The notes under the pieces: generated by a model
Told to the model about the DNA's origin: nothing
The model's input: only the letters and a program-made list of their open reading frames with translations
Databases searched by the model: none
Position numbers and translations under genes: made by a program
Shown: one piece after another, positions 1 through 9,619 of the stretch
Layout of the letters: each line of letters opens with the position of its first letter
Position numbering within the stretch: the first letter of the stretch is position 1
DNA from: Candidatus Pacearchaeota archaeon
Lineage (GTDB): Archaea; Nanobdellota; Nanobdellia; Pacearchaeales; GW2011-AR1
DNA: 64,000 bases
Direction of reading: 5' to 3'
NCBI GenBank assembly: GCA_050124795.1
Contig: JASFEO010000003.1
Coordinates: 5,605 to 69,604 of the forward strand

Positions 1-1317
1 CCAGTCTTTTGCTCCTTCAAGCCATTTGCCAAATCTTCCGTCGCGAATATGACTTGGCTCCCAATTAATTTCTTTATTTAATTCAACCATTTTTTTTCGA
101 ATTGAACTTGCGCGGATAAACCAGGAATTAATTGCATAATATAAAAGAGGAGTGGAGCATCTCCAGCAAAATGGATAAGAGTGAGTTGTTTTTTCTTTTT
201 TATATAAAAGTCCTTTTTTAATTAAGTCTTCTTTGATTTCTTTTTCTGCGGATTTTACAAATTTGCCTTCATACTCCGGAACTAATGAATTAAACTTTCC
301 GTCTTCTTCAACAGTGTGGACTAAAGGAAGATTGTTTTCCTTGCATAAGTTGTAATCATCTTCACCATACATTCCTGCAGTGTGGACAATGCCTGTTCCG
401 TCTTCAGTTGTTACAAAATCTGCTGCGATAATCTTATGCGAATTTTCATTTTGCGCTTCAGGGATATCAAACAAAGGTTCATATTCTGTTCCAATTAAAT
501 CTTTTCCCCTGAACTCCTCGACAATTTCATAATCCCCTCTCAAAACTTCTAATCTTTTTTTTGCCAGAATTATTGTATCATTGTCAGGAAGTTTTACTTT
601 TACATAATCTATTTTTTTTCCAACAGCAAGAGCAACATTTCCCGGAAGTGTCCATGGAGTTGTTGTCCAGGCTAAAATATATTCTCCTTTTTTATTTTTA
701 ACTTTAAATGCAATGTAAACTGATTCTTCTGTTACGTCTTTATATCCTTGCGCGACTTCATGACTTGAAAGAGGGGTTCCGCAGCGAGGGCAAAATGGTA
801 CAACCTTGTGACCTTCGTAAAGCATTTTCTTTTTGTATAATTCTTTCAGGCCCCACCAAACACTCTCAATATATTCATTCTCCAAAGTTACATAAGGATT
901 TTTTAAGTCAACCCAATAGTTTAATTCTTCAGTTGATAAATTCCAGTCTTTTATATTTGAGAAGACACTCATCCGACATTCATTAATGAATTTGTCTGTT
1001 CCGTATTTTATTACGTCTTTTTTTGATGCAAGGTTTAATTTTTTTTCAATTTGCACTTCAACAGGCAGACCATGGCAATCCCATCCGCCTTTTCGGGGGA
1101 CAGAAAAACCCTGCATGAATTTGAATTTGCAGATTAAATCTTTGTAAGTTCGGGTTTCCAAATGATGCAAACCCGGCGGGGCATTTGCTGTCGGCGGTCC
1201 TTCAAGAAATGAGAAAATTTTTCTGTTTGGGATATCATGCACAGCCGCCTTTATTTCTCTTTTATATTTTTTCCAAACCTTTCCTGATTCCTGTTCTACT
1301 TTTTTAAAGTCATACAT
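1..1317 (-). CDS. ileS: Isoleucyl-tRNA synthetase, N-terminal ~439 aa (C-terminal part lies beyond window start)
   Basis: Minus-strand translation from ATG at 1317: MYDFKKVEQESGKVWKKY...PPTANAPPGLHHLETRTYKDL (HIGH-type motif), GHKVVPFCPRCGTPLSSHEVAQGYKD (IleRS zinc/editing-region signature), FIRASSIRKKMVELNKEINWEPSHIRDGRFGKWLEGAKDW (class I IleRS core). ORF is open to position 1. Confidence 0.85.
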   Translation of the reverse strand, partial: MYDFKKVEQESGKVWKKYKREIKAAVHDIPNRKIFSFLEGPPTANAPPGLHHLETRTYKDLICKFKFMQGFSVPRKGGWDCHGLPVEVQIEKKLNLASKKDVIKYGTDKFINECRMSVFSNIKDWNLSTEELNYWVDLKNPYVTLENEYIESVWWGLKELYKKKMLYEGHKVVPFCPRCGTPLSSHEVAQGYKDVTEESVYIAFKVKNKKGEYILAWTTTPWTLPGNVALAVGKKIDYVKVKLPDNDTIILAKKRLEVLRGDYEIVEEFRGKDLIGTEYEPLFDIPEAQNENSHKIIAADFVTTEDGTGIVHTAGMYGEDDYNLCKENNLPLVHTVEEDGKFNSLVPEYEGKFVKSAEKEIKEDLIKKGLLYKKEKTTHSYPFCWRCSTPLLYYAINSWFIRASSIRKKMVELNKEINWEPSHIRDGRFGKWLEGAKDW

Positions 1318-1318
1318 A

Positions 1319-1618
1319 TTAACTCCTATTCACATTATTTTTTAAATATTTAGTATATCTTCTCATTTCCTCAACAGGCAGATGTCCGCCATAAATGCAT
1401 ATTTGCTGAAGAGAGTAAAACTGTCTAAATTGAATAAATGCCCTTTGCAACAAATCATTTTCTTTTATTTCTTCAGGGCCCCGCCCATTATTCATAAATT
1501 CCAAGAGAACATTTCTTTTAAGAAGGTCATCCTTTGGAAAAGGGTTTTTTCCTGTTTTATATAATTTAATTTTTAAACTCATTTTAAATCTCTGCGCAGT
1601 CCATATTAAGAACTGCAA
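1319..1618 (-). CDS. Hypothetical small protein (99 aa) immediately upstream of ileS; stop is 1 nt from ileS ATG
   Basis: ORF track; tight coupling to ileS; no recognisable motif. Confidence 0.35.
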   Translation of the reverse strand: MQFLIWTAQRFKMSLKIKLYKTGKNPFPKDDLLKRNVLLEFMNNGRGPEEIKENDLLQRAFIQFRQFYSLQQICIYGGHLPVEEMRRYTKYLKNNVNRS

Positions 1619-1720
1619 TCAAATAATAATTATAGAAATTATGGCTGCGGCTAAAATAATTTTCTCAAATTTTAAATTATTTTCAGTCATAAAATTCATA
1701 GAAGAAGTTTGTTTTTAAAA

Positions 1721-2440
1721 TTATCGAAATCTCTCCAGACTTTCTTTTTCAACAAAATGTAATTTCGACGGCAATATAAAACAAAATGGATAAAATATTT
1801 TTTTAGTTTTTAGTTCTTCAATTTTGCCATAATAAATTTTTGAGTGCTTTGTTCCGAGGTTAGAACAAACAATTAATCTGCCAATTTTTATTTTTTTTTC
1901 TTTTGCTGCTATAGTTAATTGCTCAATTGCTTTGTTGAATTTTAAGGAAATGTCAATTAAAATTAAACTATGGGCTTCTATTGATTCATTAACTTTTACA
2001 ACTCCCATGAAACTTGCAGGCGTGAAATTTTTTTCAAGGTCCCATTTTGGCATGCTTGCGATTTTCCCGAATTTATAAATTTGCAGACCTGTTTCAGCAA
2101 CAGCGTCGAGAACTGAACCTGCCTGAATTATTTTGCATTTAACGCGCGAGTGCTTTGCTTCATTAACTAATGTTATGTGGGTGGTTGCCATTAAGGGAGA
2201 ACCATAGATAAGGAGTGCAACATCTTTTTTCTTTGCAGAATCTACAATTTCTAAACCTTCGATAAACTCTCTGTTTGCTAAGATAATTTTTTTTCCAAGG
2301 ACTTCGCTTAACTGAGAAACTGAATAAGGAAAGTTAACTGTATAGTTTTCCAAATAAACAACTTTGCATTTTTTCACTGCTTCTAATCCTTTAAGTGAGA
2401 TTCCTTTTTTATCTAAGCCTAAGCCGATTAAGTATAACAT
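1721..2440 (-). CDS. dph5: Diphthine synthase (diphthamide biosynthesis methyltransferase)
   Basis: MLYLIGLGLDKKGISLKGLEAVKKCKVVYLENYT... tetrapyrrole-methylase-fold N-terminus typical of archaeal Dph5; ~240 aa. Confidence 0.88.
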   Translation of the reverse strand: MLYLIGLGLDKKGISLKGLEAVKKCKVVYLENYTVNFPYSVSQLSEVLGKKIILANREFIEGLEIVDSAKKKDVALLIYGSPLMATTHITLVNEAKHSRVKCKIIQAGSVLDAVAETGLQIYKFGKIASMPKWDLEKNFTPASFMGVVKVNESIEAHSLILIDISLKFNKAIEQLTIAAKEKKIKIGRLIVCSNLGTKHSKIYYGKIEELKTKKIFYPFCFILPSKLHFVEKESLERFR

Positions 2441-2504
2441 GAACGAAAGAAGTTAGTTGGTTATTTAAAATGCGCGCTTTCGCAAATGAGAAGAGTAGGA
2501 AGAA

Positions 2505-2514
2505 TTTATAAAAT
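2505..2514 (+). promoter_or_regulatory. TATA-like box (TTTATAAAAT) ~25 nt upstream of ATG 2534; implies leaderless transcript
   Basis: Sequence motif and spacing. Confidence 0.4.
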
Positions 2515-2533
2515 ATAATTTATTATTTTACCT

Positions 2534-3229
2534 ATGAAAAAAGGGGCAAGAATAAATTTATTATTCCTAATGATTATTTTGTTAATCTTTTTAATAAACG
2601 CAGAGATTAATATTTCTAGTCAGGATTCAATTAATATTAAAAATAATCTTGAAGATTTGGGATTTAATGTTGCAAAAATCTATCCAAATGAATTAGCAGT
2701 TAATTTGCTATATGATGGAAGAATTTTGATATTATATTTTTGGGAAGATTCTTTTGAGGAGGTTATTTTTAATAAAGATGGATTTGATTATGGGTTTTAC
2801 TTCAATGAAAAGATGAATATAAAATCATTTTCTGATCCCTCTATGAACAAAGGTGAATTAATTAAAAGGCTGGATTTAGTTACAAAATTTCTTGATTTTA
2901 TAGATAAAAATGCTTTGGAGGAATATAAATCTTCATTAGACTATATAAAATTTAAGATAGATAATATTGATAGTAAAGTCCTTTACTCAAATCTTTCCAG
3001 AGAATATAAACAAGGAGAATCTAAAGATAGTTATATCGGTTATGACGGAAAAAAGACCTATTTTGAGAAAAAACAGATCTCATTAGTGATAGATATTAAA
3101 AAAGAGACAATCTTAGAACAAGACCAAAATTATAATATGGATACTCCTCAGGAGGAAATTGACAAATACAAAGAAAGAAAAGCCAAATACTTGGTTGGCT
3201 ATCTTAAATATAACGTGGTATTTTTTTAA
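2534..3229 (+). CDS. Hypothetical secreted/membrane-anchored protein (N-terminal hydrophobic signal MKKGARINLLFLMIILLIFLINA)
   Basis: ORF track; signal-peptide-like N-terminus; no known domain recognised. Confidence 0.5.
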   Translation: MKKGARINLLFLMIILLIFLINAEINISSQDSINIKNNLEDLGFNVAKIYPNELAVNLLYDGRILILYFWEDSFEEVIFNKDGFDYGFYFNEKMNIKSFSDPSMNKGELIKRLDLVTKFLDFIDKNALEEYKSSLDYIKFKIDNIDSKVLYSNLSREYKQGESKDSYIGYDGKKTYFEKKQISLVIDIKKETILEQDQNYNMDTPQEEIDKYKERKAKYLVGYLKYNVVFF

Positions 3230-3324
3230 TCAGTTTACTTATCTTTCACTATCTAATTATTAAATTAAAAGTTGAAAACAAATCTATTCTTAATAATATT
3301 CTTATAATTATTGTAAATTGCTTT

Positions 3325-3588
3325 ATGAGATTTGTTTTATATATAACAATATTTTCCTATACTCATTTATATCTTTTCTTTGTAGCATTATTCGGTTGGC
3401 CTTTTGGACTTTTATTTGGGATGTTAATACTTTATGGAGCAATAGAAGTTTTCCTGATAATCGTGACTATGTTTTTAGTTAGATGGCGGTATAAAATTAC
3501 CTTGATTAAATCATTTATAATTATTTTAATAACAACAGCAGTATCAATGTTTATAGTGAATATCATTAATCCACTTAAATACCTATAA
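3325..3588 (+). CDS. Small hydrophobic membrane protein (87 aa, 2-3 TM)
   Basis: ORF track; strongly hydrophobic composition. Confidence 0.4.
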   Translation: MRFVLYITIFSYTHLYLFFVALFGWPFGLLFGMLILYGAIEVFLIIVTMFLVRWRYKITLIKSFIIILITTAVSMFIVNIINPLKYL

Positions 3589-3777
3589 ATAATTAGGGGG
3601 ATTCTTTTTTTATCTAAGCCAAGTCCAATTATGGATAATATAAAAAACTATATTCTCTGATTATTTAAATTAATTGCTTTGGGGATTAATGAGGATTAGA
3701 TTTTTCATAATTCTTCAGTTACTATTCAAAAGAAGTAAAAAAGAAACATTTAAATACTCCTGATACCTAAATAAATC

Positions 3778-3969
3778 ATGGAAAAAGTGATATACTTAGA
3801 TGAAAAGAGAAAAGGAAAAGAGTTAGAACCTGCAATAGAAACCAAGAAAGAACCTCCTAAAAGAAATTTTTTCAGGGAAGGATTTTTTGATATTATGAAG
3901 ATATTGTTTAATTATACGCCTCGTAGCCAAGTAGAAGCAGATTTAGCATATAGAAGGGGGGATTATTAA
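3778..3969 (+). CDS. Hypothetical small protein (63 aa)
   Basis: ORF track only. Confidence 0.25.
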   Translation: MEKVIYLDEKRKGKELEPAIETKKEPPKRNFFREGFFDIMKILFNYTPRSQVEADLAYRRGDY

Positions 3970-3978
3970 GATAATTAA

Positions 3979-4551
3979 TTATCTATTATCCAATTCATTA
4001 TTTACAACTGCAACAACCTGCGACGCAAAATACATTTTTGGACCAATTGAAATGGGTTTAGCAATTTGTTTTAATCTTTTTAATTCTTTTTTTGGAAGTC
4101 CTTCGTGGTCTCCTAAAATAAATGCACAATTTTTTTCTAATTTTATTTTTCTTAAATTCTCTCCTCGCTTATCTAAAATAAAAACTTCATTGTCCTCACT
4201 TAATTCATCTGCTAATTTAAGTAAACTTTTTTTCTCAACAAGGCAGCCAGAAAAAACTTCATGCTTTTCTCCTTCCCGAAATTTGTAAAGAATTTTCTTG
4301 ATTAATTTTCCCAAGTCCCTTTTATTTATTGGGGTTCCTTCTTTAACTTGTATTTCAATATGTTTTGGAGGATCAGGCATTCCATAAAGAACTAAATGAA
4401 AGACAACATCCCGCCTAAAATCGTGAGATAAAAAAATCCCTTGAATAAGTGAATGGATTGCAATATCAAGTCTTCCGGCTTTTGATAAATTCCCTAAGTC
4501 AAACCCTCCTGAAGTTGGTCCGTTTTTTGAAAAGTATATGAAATGGCGCAT
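3979..4551 (-). CDS. trmY: SPOUT-class tRNA (pseudouridine54-N1)-methyltransferase TrmY-like (DUF358 family)
   Basis: MRHFIYFSKNGPTSGGFDLGNLSKAGRLDIAIHSLIQGIFLSHDFRRDVVFHLVLYGMPDPPKHIEI matches archaeal TrmY pattern (MR.FI..S...G.F.L.DLPG.GRMD...R..N.AFFLSH.IRRDV..YLVL.GPP.PP). Confidence 0.7.
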   Translation of the reverse strand: MRHFIYFSKNGPTSGGFDLGNLSKAGRLDIAIHSLIQGIFLSHDFRRDVVFHLVLYGMPDPPKHIEIQVKEGTPINKRDLGKLIKKILYKFREGEKHEVFSGCLVEKKSLLKLADELSEDNEVFILDKRGENLRKIKLEKNCAFILGDHEGLPKKELKRLKQIAKPISIGPKMYFASQVVAVVNNELDNR

Positions 4552-4839
4552 GAAAAATATCTATATAGACAGGTTAATAAAATTATTCATTTCTCTTTAG
4601 ATTCCCCTTTGGGTCTTACCCCGCAGCTCTGCTGCGATTGGGTTATTGATTAAATACTCCGTAATAAAAACATTTAATTCTTTTTCAGAAATATCTGTTT
4701 TTCTTAAAAAAGAAAATCTCATTTTTCGATGCAGTTGGTTATATATTCTCAATGGAAAAAGGATATTTGTTTGCAACAGGAGATAAAGAGTTTGAAAAAT
4801 TTAGAGGTGTTGAGTTTAAGAAAAAATAAAAATCAAGTT

Positions 4840-5724
4840 TTATTCCTTAACTTCCTGCAAAACAAATTTAGCCTTTGCATAAACATGCTCTTCATATTTT
4901 ATTTCATAAATTCCAACAAACTTGTCTTCACAAAAAACAATTATTGTCTCACCTTTTTTTATCTTTTCTTTTTTTACTAAATCTTTTTCATGAATTGGTT
5001 TGCCTGTAAAAATTTGTTTTAAATTTTCTTTCTTAATTTTTATAGCTGGAAAAAGTTCTGAAATAATTTCTCCGGGGATTATTATTTTTCTTAATAATTC
5101 TTCATTTCCGTTTTTGTATTCTTCACAAACTTTTTCAAAGTCATATAAATTTGCACTTGGGTAAGTTTTATCATCTTCTGTAAAAATTCCTGCGCGAATT
5201 CGACGAAGTTCCAACATGTGCGCTCCGATTCCAAGTTCCCGCCCTAAGTCATCAATTAATTTTCTAATGTAGGTTCCGCCTTGAACATTTGTTTTAAACA
5301 AAATATCCTTATCATTAATTTCCAAAATTTTAAATTCTTTAATTTCTCTTTCTCTTAATTCTCTTTTAACTCTTGACTTTAACGGTGGCAATTGTTTTAT
5401 CTTGCCTGTAAATTTTTCCTTAATCTTTTTTTCAATTTCTTTTTTTGTTACATCCTTATGAATTCTCATAATCCCAATATATTCTTTGTCTTCACCTAAA
5501 AAATATCCAGTTAATTTACAAGCCCGATTTAATGCAATTGGCAGAACCCCTGTGACCTTTGGGTCAAGTGTTCCAAAATGCGAAGTCTTTCTTAAGTTCA
5601 AAGTTTTTCTTACAAAATCGGAAATATTGAAACTTGTTGGTCCGCTTGGCTTATTAATATTTATTATTCCAAATTCTAAAAGATCTTTAACTGATTTTTT
5701 TTGTTTTAGGGTTTTTAAATCCAT
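4840..5724 (-). CDS. cbf5: H/ACA RNP pseudouridine synthase Cbf5 (TruB family with PUA domain)
   Basis: GIININKPSGPTSFNISDFVRK...SHFGTLDPKVTGVLPIALNRACKL...GGTYIRKLIDDLGRELGIGAHMLELRRIRAG; C-terminal PUA-like region. Confidence 0.9.
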   Translation of the reverse strand: MDLKTLKQKKSVKDLLEFGIININKPSGPTSFNISDFVRKTLNLRKTSHFGTLDPKVTGVLPIALNRACKLTGYFLGEDKEYIGIMRIHKDVTKKEIEKKIKEKFTGKIKQLPPLKSRVKRELREREIKEFKILEINDKDILFKTNVQGGTYIRKLIDDLGRELGIGAHMLELRRIRAGIFTEDDKTYPSANLYDFEKVCEEYKNGNEELLRKIIIPGEIISELFPAIKIKKENLKQIFTGKPIHEKDLVKKEKIKKGETIIVFCEDKFVGIYEIKYEEHVYAKAKFVLQEVKE

Positions 5725-5774
5725 ATCATCTAGAATATAAATTGTTTTAAAGAAGTTTTGCTATATGAATAAAT

Positions 5775-6029
5775 ATGGAAAATAAACAACCTTACTTTGT
5801 TCAGATTGGGGGATGCACTAATTGTGATAATTTCCCAATTAAAGCAGACATGGACATGGTATTATGTAGTGTCAATGGATGCCGCGAATATGATGATGTC
5901 TCAGCAAAGAACCCTTTTATTACAGAAGAGGGATTGGCAGGTCTTCTTGAAGCAGGAAAGATAACCCCACAACAAGCCGGAGCATATAGAGATTGGGTCA
6001 AGGAAAAAGGACTTAACAAATATCTGTAA
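5775..6029 (+). CDS. Small Cys-containing protein (84 aa; C-x2-C ... C-x4-C, possible zinc ribbon)
   Basis: MENKQPYFVQIGGCTNCDNFPIKADMDMVLCSVNGCREYDD...; more protein-like than the overlapping minus-strand ORF. Confidence 0.4.
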   Translation: MENKQPYFVQIGGCTNCDNFPIKADMDMVLCSVNGCREYDDVSAKNPFITEEGLAGLLEAGKITPQQAGAYRDWVKEKGLNKYL

Positions 6030-6101
6030 GAAAACCTACTAAATTTTTTCTTATTTTTTTATTTTATCAATTAATACCTTACACTATTTTAATTACATAA
6101 T

Positions 6102-6112
6102 CTTTATAAATT
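6102..6112 (+). promoter_or_regulatory. TATA-like box (CTTTATAAATT) ~25 nt upstream of glmS ATG 6132; leaderless
   Basis: Motif and spacing. Confidence 0.4.
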
Positions 6113-6131
6113 TTCATTAAGATTTTTTTTC

Positions 6132-7907
6132 ATGTGCGGCATTGTTGCTTATAAAAATAATAAGAGAGATGTGTTTTCAGTTCTTCTTGAATCATTGAAA
6201 AAGCTTGAATATCGAGGGTATGATAGTTTTGGATTTGCAACTAGTTTTGAAAATGAAATTTTAAGGGAGAAAAAAGTTGGAAAGGTGAGTGAGACATTTT
6301 GCGAGCCTCTTAGAGGATTTGCAGGGATTGCTCATACTCGTTGGGCAACACATGGAAAAGTAACTGAGATAAACACACACCCGCATTTTAGTTGCAATGG
6401 AAAACTCGCAGTTGTTCACAATGGAATAATTGAAAATTTTAATGAATTAAAAAAAAGTTTAATTGAGAAGGGTCACAGATTTTTAAGTGAAACTGATACA
6501 GAGGTGATTGCGCATTTAATTGAGGAATTTTTAAGTTTAGGATTTAATCTAAAAGATGCTGTGATGAAAACAGGGAATTTGTTAAAGGGGAGAAATGCTT
6601 TTGTTATTCTTGATTCGTTGTCGAAAATTGCGGGGTTTAGAAATGGCTCGCCCATGATTGTGGGGATAAAAAAGGAAAATGGTTTTTCAGAAATTTTTAT
6701 TGCTTCAGACATCCAAGCATTTATTGACAAGACAAAAGACATCATGTATCTCGACGATAACCAGGTTGTTATGATTGAAAATAATCCAATCTTTTTTAAT
6801 TCTTTAACAGGAGAAAAAATAGAAAAGAGGATTATAAATGTTGATGTTGATGTTAATATCGCGGAAAAAGGAGACTATGCTCATTTTATGTTAAAGGAAA
6901 TCATGGAGCAAAAAGAAACTTTGCTTCGCGCAATAAGCCAGGATGATTTTGATTTAATGCATATTGCAAAAGAAATAAATAATTCAAAAGGGGTTTTCTT
7001 TATTGGGTGCGGCACAGCTGCGAGAGTATGCCATACTGCAGAATATATTTTTTCCAGCGTCGCTGACAAGCATGTTAATTATATCCCGGCGTCGGAATTT
7101 GAAAATTATAAAAACTTTTTAGTTCCTGAAACTCTTGTGATTGCAATTTCACAAAGCGGGGAGACTGCAGATGTTTTAGACGCATTGAAAGTTGCAAAGG
7201 AGAGGGGTTCAAAGATAATTTCAATTACCAATGTGGAAAATTCGTCTGTTGCAAATTCATCAGATTATAATTTTTTAATTAATGCAGGTCCTGAAAAAGC
7301 AGTTGCTTCAACCAAGGCAACGACCTCGCAATTAGCAGTTGTTTTACTTTTAGCTTATGCAGCCTCGGGAATTTTAAGAGAAGGAGACAGAGTCTTAGTT
7401 GACCTGGCAGGAAAAGTTAATGATATGCTTAATCCTCGTTATAGTGAGCACATAAAAAAACTCGCAGAAAAAATTTATCAGACAAAAAACATTTTTATTA
7501 TCGGCAGGGGAATGAACTACCCAATGGCTTTGGAGTCTGCAATTAAAATTATGGAAGTGAGTTACATTCATGCGCAGGGTTTTGCAGGCGGGGAATTAAA
7601 GCACGGGCCAATTGCATTAATTGAAGAAGGAACTCCCGTGATTGCATTAGTTGGAAATGATGAAACAAAGGAAGAAATTATTTCAAATGCAATCGAAGTA
7701 AAGTCGCGCGGAGCTTATGTAATCGGGGTTGCGCCGGAAAACAATCCTGCATTTGATTATTGGATAAAAACTCCTAAGGTTGAAAAAACAGTTTCCTCAA
7801 TTGTTAATTTAATTCCAGTTCAGCTTTTAGCATATTATCTTGGAACACTCAAGGGTTATAATGTTGATTATCCCAGAAGTTTGGCAAAATCTGTTACTGT
7901 GAAATAA
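6132..7907 (+). CDS. glmS: Glutamine--fructose-6-phosphate aminotransferase (isomerising)
   Basis: MCGIVAYKNN (N-terminal Cys nucleophile), GIAHTRWATHG, two SIS domains (ISQSGETADVL...; FIIGRGMNYPMALE), C-terminal ...VDYPRSLAKSVTVK. Confidence 0.92.
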   Translation: MCGIVAYKNNKRDVFSVLLESLKKLEYRGYDSFGFATSFENEILREKKVGKVSETFCEPLRGFAGIAHTRWATHGKVTEINTHPHFSCNGKLAVVHNGIIENFNELKKSLIEKGHRFLSETDTEVIAHLIEEFLSLGFNLKDAVMKTGNLLKGRNAFVILDSLSKIAGFRNGSPMIVGIKKENGFSEIFIASDIQAFIDKTKDIMYLDDNQVVMIENNPIFFNSLTGEKIEKRIINVDVDVNIAEKGDYAHFMLKEIMEQKETLLRAISQDDFDLMHIAKEINNSKGVFFIGCGTAARVCHTAEYIFSSVADKHVNYIPASEFENYKNFLVPETLVIAISQSGETADVLDALKVAKERGSKIISITNVENSSVANSSDYNFLINAGPEKAVASTKATTSQLAVVLLLAYAASGILREGDRVLVDLAGKVNDMLNPRYSEHIKKLAEKIYQTKNIFIIGRGMNYPMALESAIKIMEVSYIHAQGFAGGELKHGPIALIEEGTPVIALVGNDETKEEIISNAIEVKSRGAYVIGVAPENNPAFDYWIKTPKVEKTVSSIVNLIPVQLLAYYLGTLKGYNVDYPRSLAKSVTVK

Positions 7908-8409
7908 AATCACTCAATTTCAACAAAGAATTTAATTTTATATTGTGAGGATTTTCTTCTCTGTCTATAACAACAAGGGCGCCCAAAATTTTTGCAGGAG
8001 TTTGTTTTAATGAATCCAGTGTTTTATTAATACTTGTGCCTGAAGCAAAAATATCATCGATGATCAAAATTCTATCATCTTCTTTTGGATTGTACCCAAC
8101 AATTAAATTTTCTATTCCATGGTCTTTAGATTTTTCTCTAACTAAACATAATTTTAAATTTAAATTATTTGCTACTAAAGTTGCAATTGAAATTCCTCCA
8201 TAACCGGATGCTGCAATTACATTTGGTTTTTCTTTCAAATTATTTATTTTCTCACACAACAATTCAGAAATCATTTTGAGAATTTCAGGCTCACCATAAG
8301 CTTTTCTTAAATCAATGTAAAAGTCTGAAACTCTGCCACTTTTTAAAATGAATTTTCCTTTCTTTATTATGCCAAGTTCTTTTAATTTTTTTATTAATTG
8401 TTGTTTCAT
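7894..8409 (-). CDS. pyrE: Orotate phosphoribosyltransferase-like (type I PRTase)
   Basis: FILKSGRVSDFYIDLRK, KDHG, ILIIDDIFASGTS (PRPP-binding motif); ~171 aa like archaeal OPRTases. Confidence 0.75.
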   Translation of the reverse strand: MKQQLIKKLKELGIIKKGKFILKSGRVSDFYIDLRKAYGEPEILKMISELLCEKINNLKEKPNVIAASGYGGISIATLVANNLNLKLCLVREKSKDHGIENLIVGYNPKEDDRILIIDDIFASGTSINKTLDSLKQTPAKILGALVVIDREENPHNIKLNSLLKLSDFISQ

Positions 8410-8410
8410 T

Positions 8411-8803
8411 TTATTTTAACATACTGGAATGCATCCCCCCTGCGAATTCTTTTGATTTAATAAAATTTATTTTCTCAGGTTCTTGTTTTAGTATTGGAAT
8501 AAATTCAGAGTTTTGATCATATCCAAGGACAATTATATCTGGATTAAAATCTTTTATCATTAGAATATTTTTATTTTTATCATTTGATACTTTAATTATC
8601 TTATCTGCTATTTTTAATTCTTCTAAATTTTTTGCTCTTGTTTCCTGAGAATTTTTTGGAAATCTTTTTTTATTTTCATAAACTAAATCATCATGAATAA
8701 CTATCACTGCCAAATAATCTCCATATGACTTCGCATCTAATAAAAACTCTTTATGTCCTTCATGCAAAAGATCAAATGTTCCAAAGCATAAAATTTTTTT
8801 CAT
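8411..8803 (-). CDS. ribL: Cytidylyltransferase-fold nucleotidyltransferase, RibL-like FAD synthase (FMN adenylyltransferase)
   Basis: MKKILCFGTFDLLHEGHKEFL (HxGH motif), ...DIIVLGYDQ; length 130 aa matches archaeal RibL. Confidence 0.6.
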   Translation of the reverse strand: MKKILCFGTFDLLHEGHKEFLLDAKSYGDYLAVIVIHDDLVYENKKRFPKNSQETRAKNLEELKIADKIIKVSNDKNKNILMIKDFNPDIIVLGYDQNSEFIPILKQEPEKINFIKSKEFAGGMHSSMLK

Positions 8804-9513
8804 CTAAACTCCCCTCGCAAAAACCTCTTCCTTTTATCCTCAGGAAATTTCTCAATTGCATATCTCAAAGTTGTCCTAGGTAAACCTGAATAATTCTTTT
8901 TTAAAAATTCTTCTAAAATTTTTTCATTTCTTTTTCCAACTTCTCTTAACATCCAGCCAACTGCCTTGTGAATCAAGTCATGCGAGTCATCTAATAAAAT
9001 TTCAGAAATTGCCAAAGTATCGTCAAACTTATTTTCCCTGATAAAGGCATAAGTTGAAACAATTGAAATTCTTTTTTCCCATAGGTTTTTTGATTGCGCA
9101 AGTTTGTAAAGAATTTCTTTTTTTGAATAATCCTCTAATAAAAATCTTCCAACAATATGCCACGCTGAAATATCAACCAAATCCCAGTTATTTATCTTTG
9201 TTGTGTTATTTAAATAAAAATAAAAAATCTTTTTTTTCTCATCCATATCTTTTGCTTTGTTGTATTGGTGAACAAGAATTCTTAATGCACAAGTTCGCTC
9301 TGTATGAATTTTGCTTTTTAATAATTCCTGAATATCATTTAATTTTAAATCATGAAACTTCTTTGCAACATTTCTAATTTGCTGTGAACTTAATCCAAGA
9401 AAGATATCTCCTTCGCCATATTCTCCTTTACCTGTTTTAAAAAACCTCTGCAAAATTTCTGCCTGTTCTCTGTTAGCCAAACTTCTTAATTCTTTTTTTA
9501 ATTTCATTAACAT
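8800..9513 (-). CDS. DNA alkylation repair protein (AlkD/AlkC-like HEAT-repeat DNA glycosylase family)
   Basis: EILQRFFKTGKGEYGEGDIFLGLSSQQIRNVAKKF...WDLVDISAWHIVGRFL...HDLIHKAVGWMLREVGKR typical of PF08713 family. Confidence 0.6.
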   Translation of the reverse strand: MLMKLKKELRSLANREQAEILQRFFKTGKGEYGEGDIFLGLSSQQIRNVAKKFHDLKLNDIQELLKSKIHTERTCALRILVHQYNKAKDMDEKKKIFYFYLNNTTKINNWDLVDISAWHIVGRFLLEDYSKKEILYKLAQSKNLWEKRISIVSTYAFIRENKFDDTLAISEILLDDSHDLIHKAVGWMLREVGKRNEKILEEFLKKNYSGLPRTTLRYAIEKFPEDKRKRFLRGEFR

Positions 9514-9532
9514 AAAATAACTAAAAGAAAAA

Positions 9533-9543
9533 CTTTATAAAAA
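9533..9543 (-). promoter_or_regulatory. TATA-like box for minus-strand gene starting at 9513 (~25 nt upstream)
   Basis: CTTTATAAAAA on plus = TTTTTATAAAG on minus; spacing. Confidence 0.35.
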
Positions 9544-9619
9544 CATTTCTCATAAATTTTTTATGACTTTGTTTGATCACATACCAAAAATGTAATTAAA
9601 CTAATCGTGAGTTTCTAAA

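Noticed and set aside
708-986. 92-aa plus-strand ORF
   Set aside because: It lies entirely inside and antisense to the well-supported IleRS coding region.
5801-6019. 72-aa minus-strand ORF
   Set aside because: It overlaps a more protein-like plus-strand Cys-containing ORF; retained only as the alternative.
9054-9377. 107-aa plus-strand ORF
   Set aside because: Antisense within the AlkD-like gene; F/L-rich, not protein-like.
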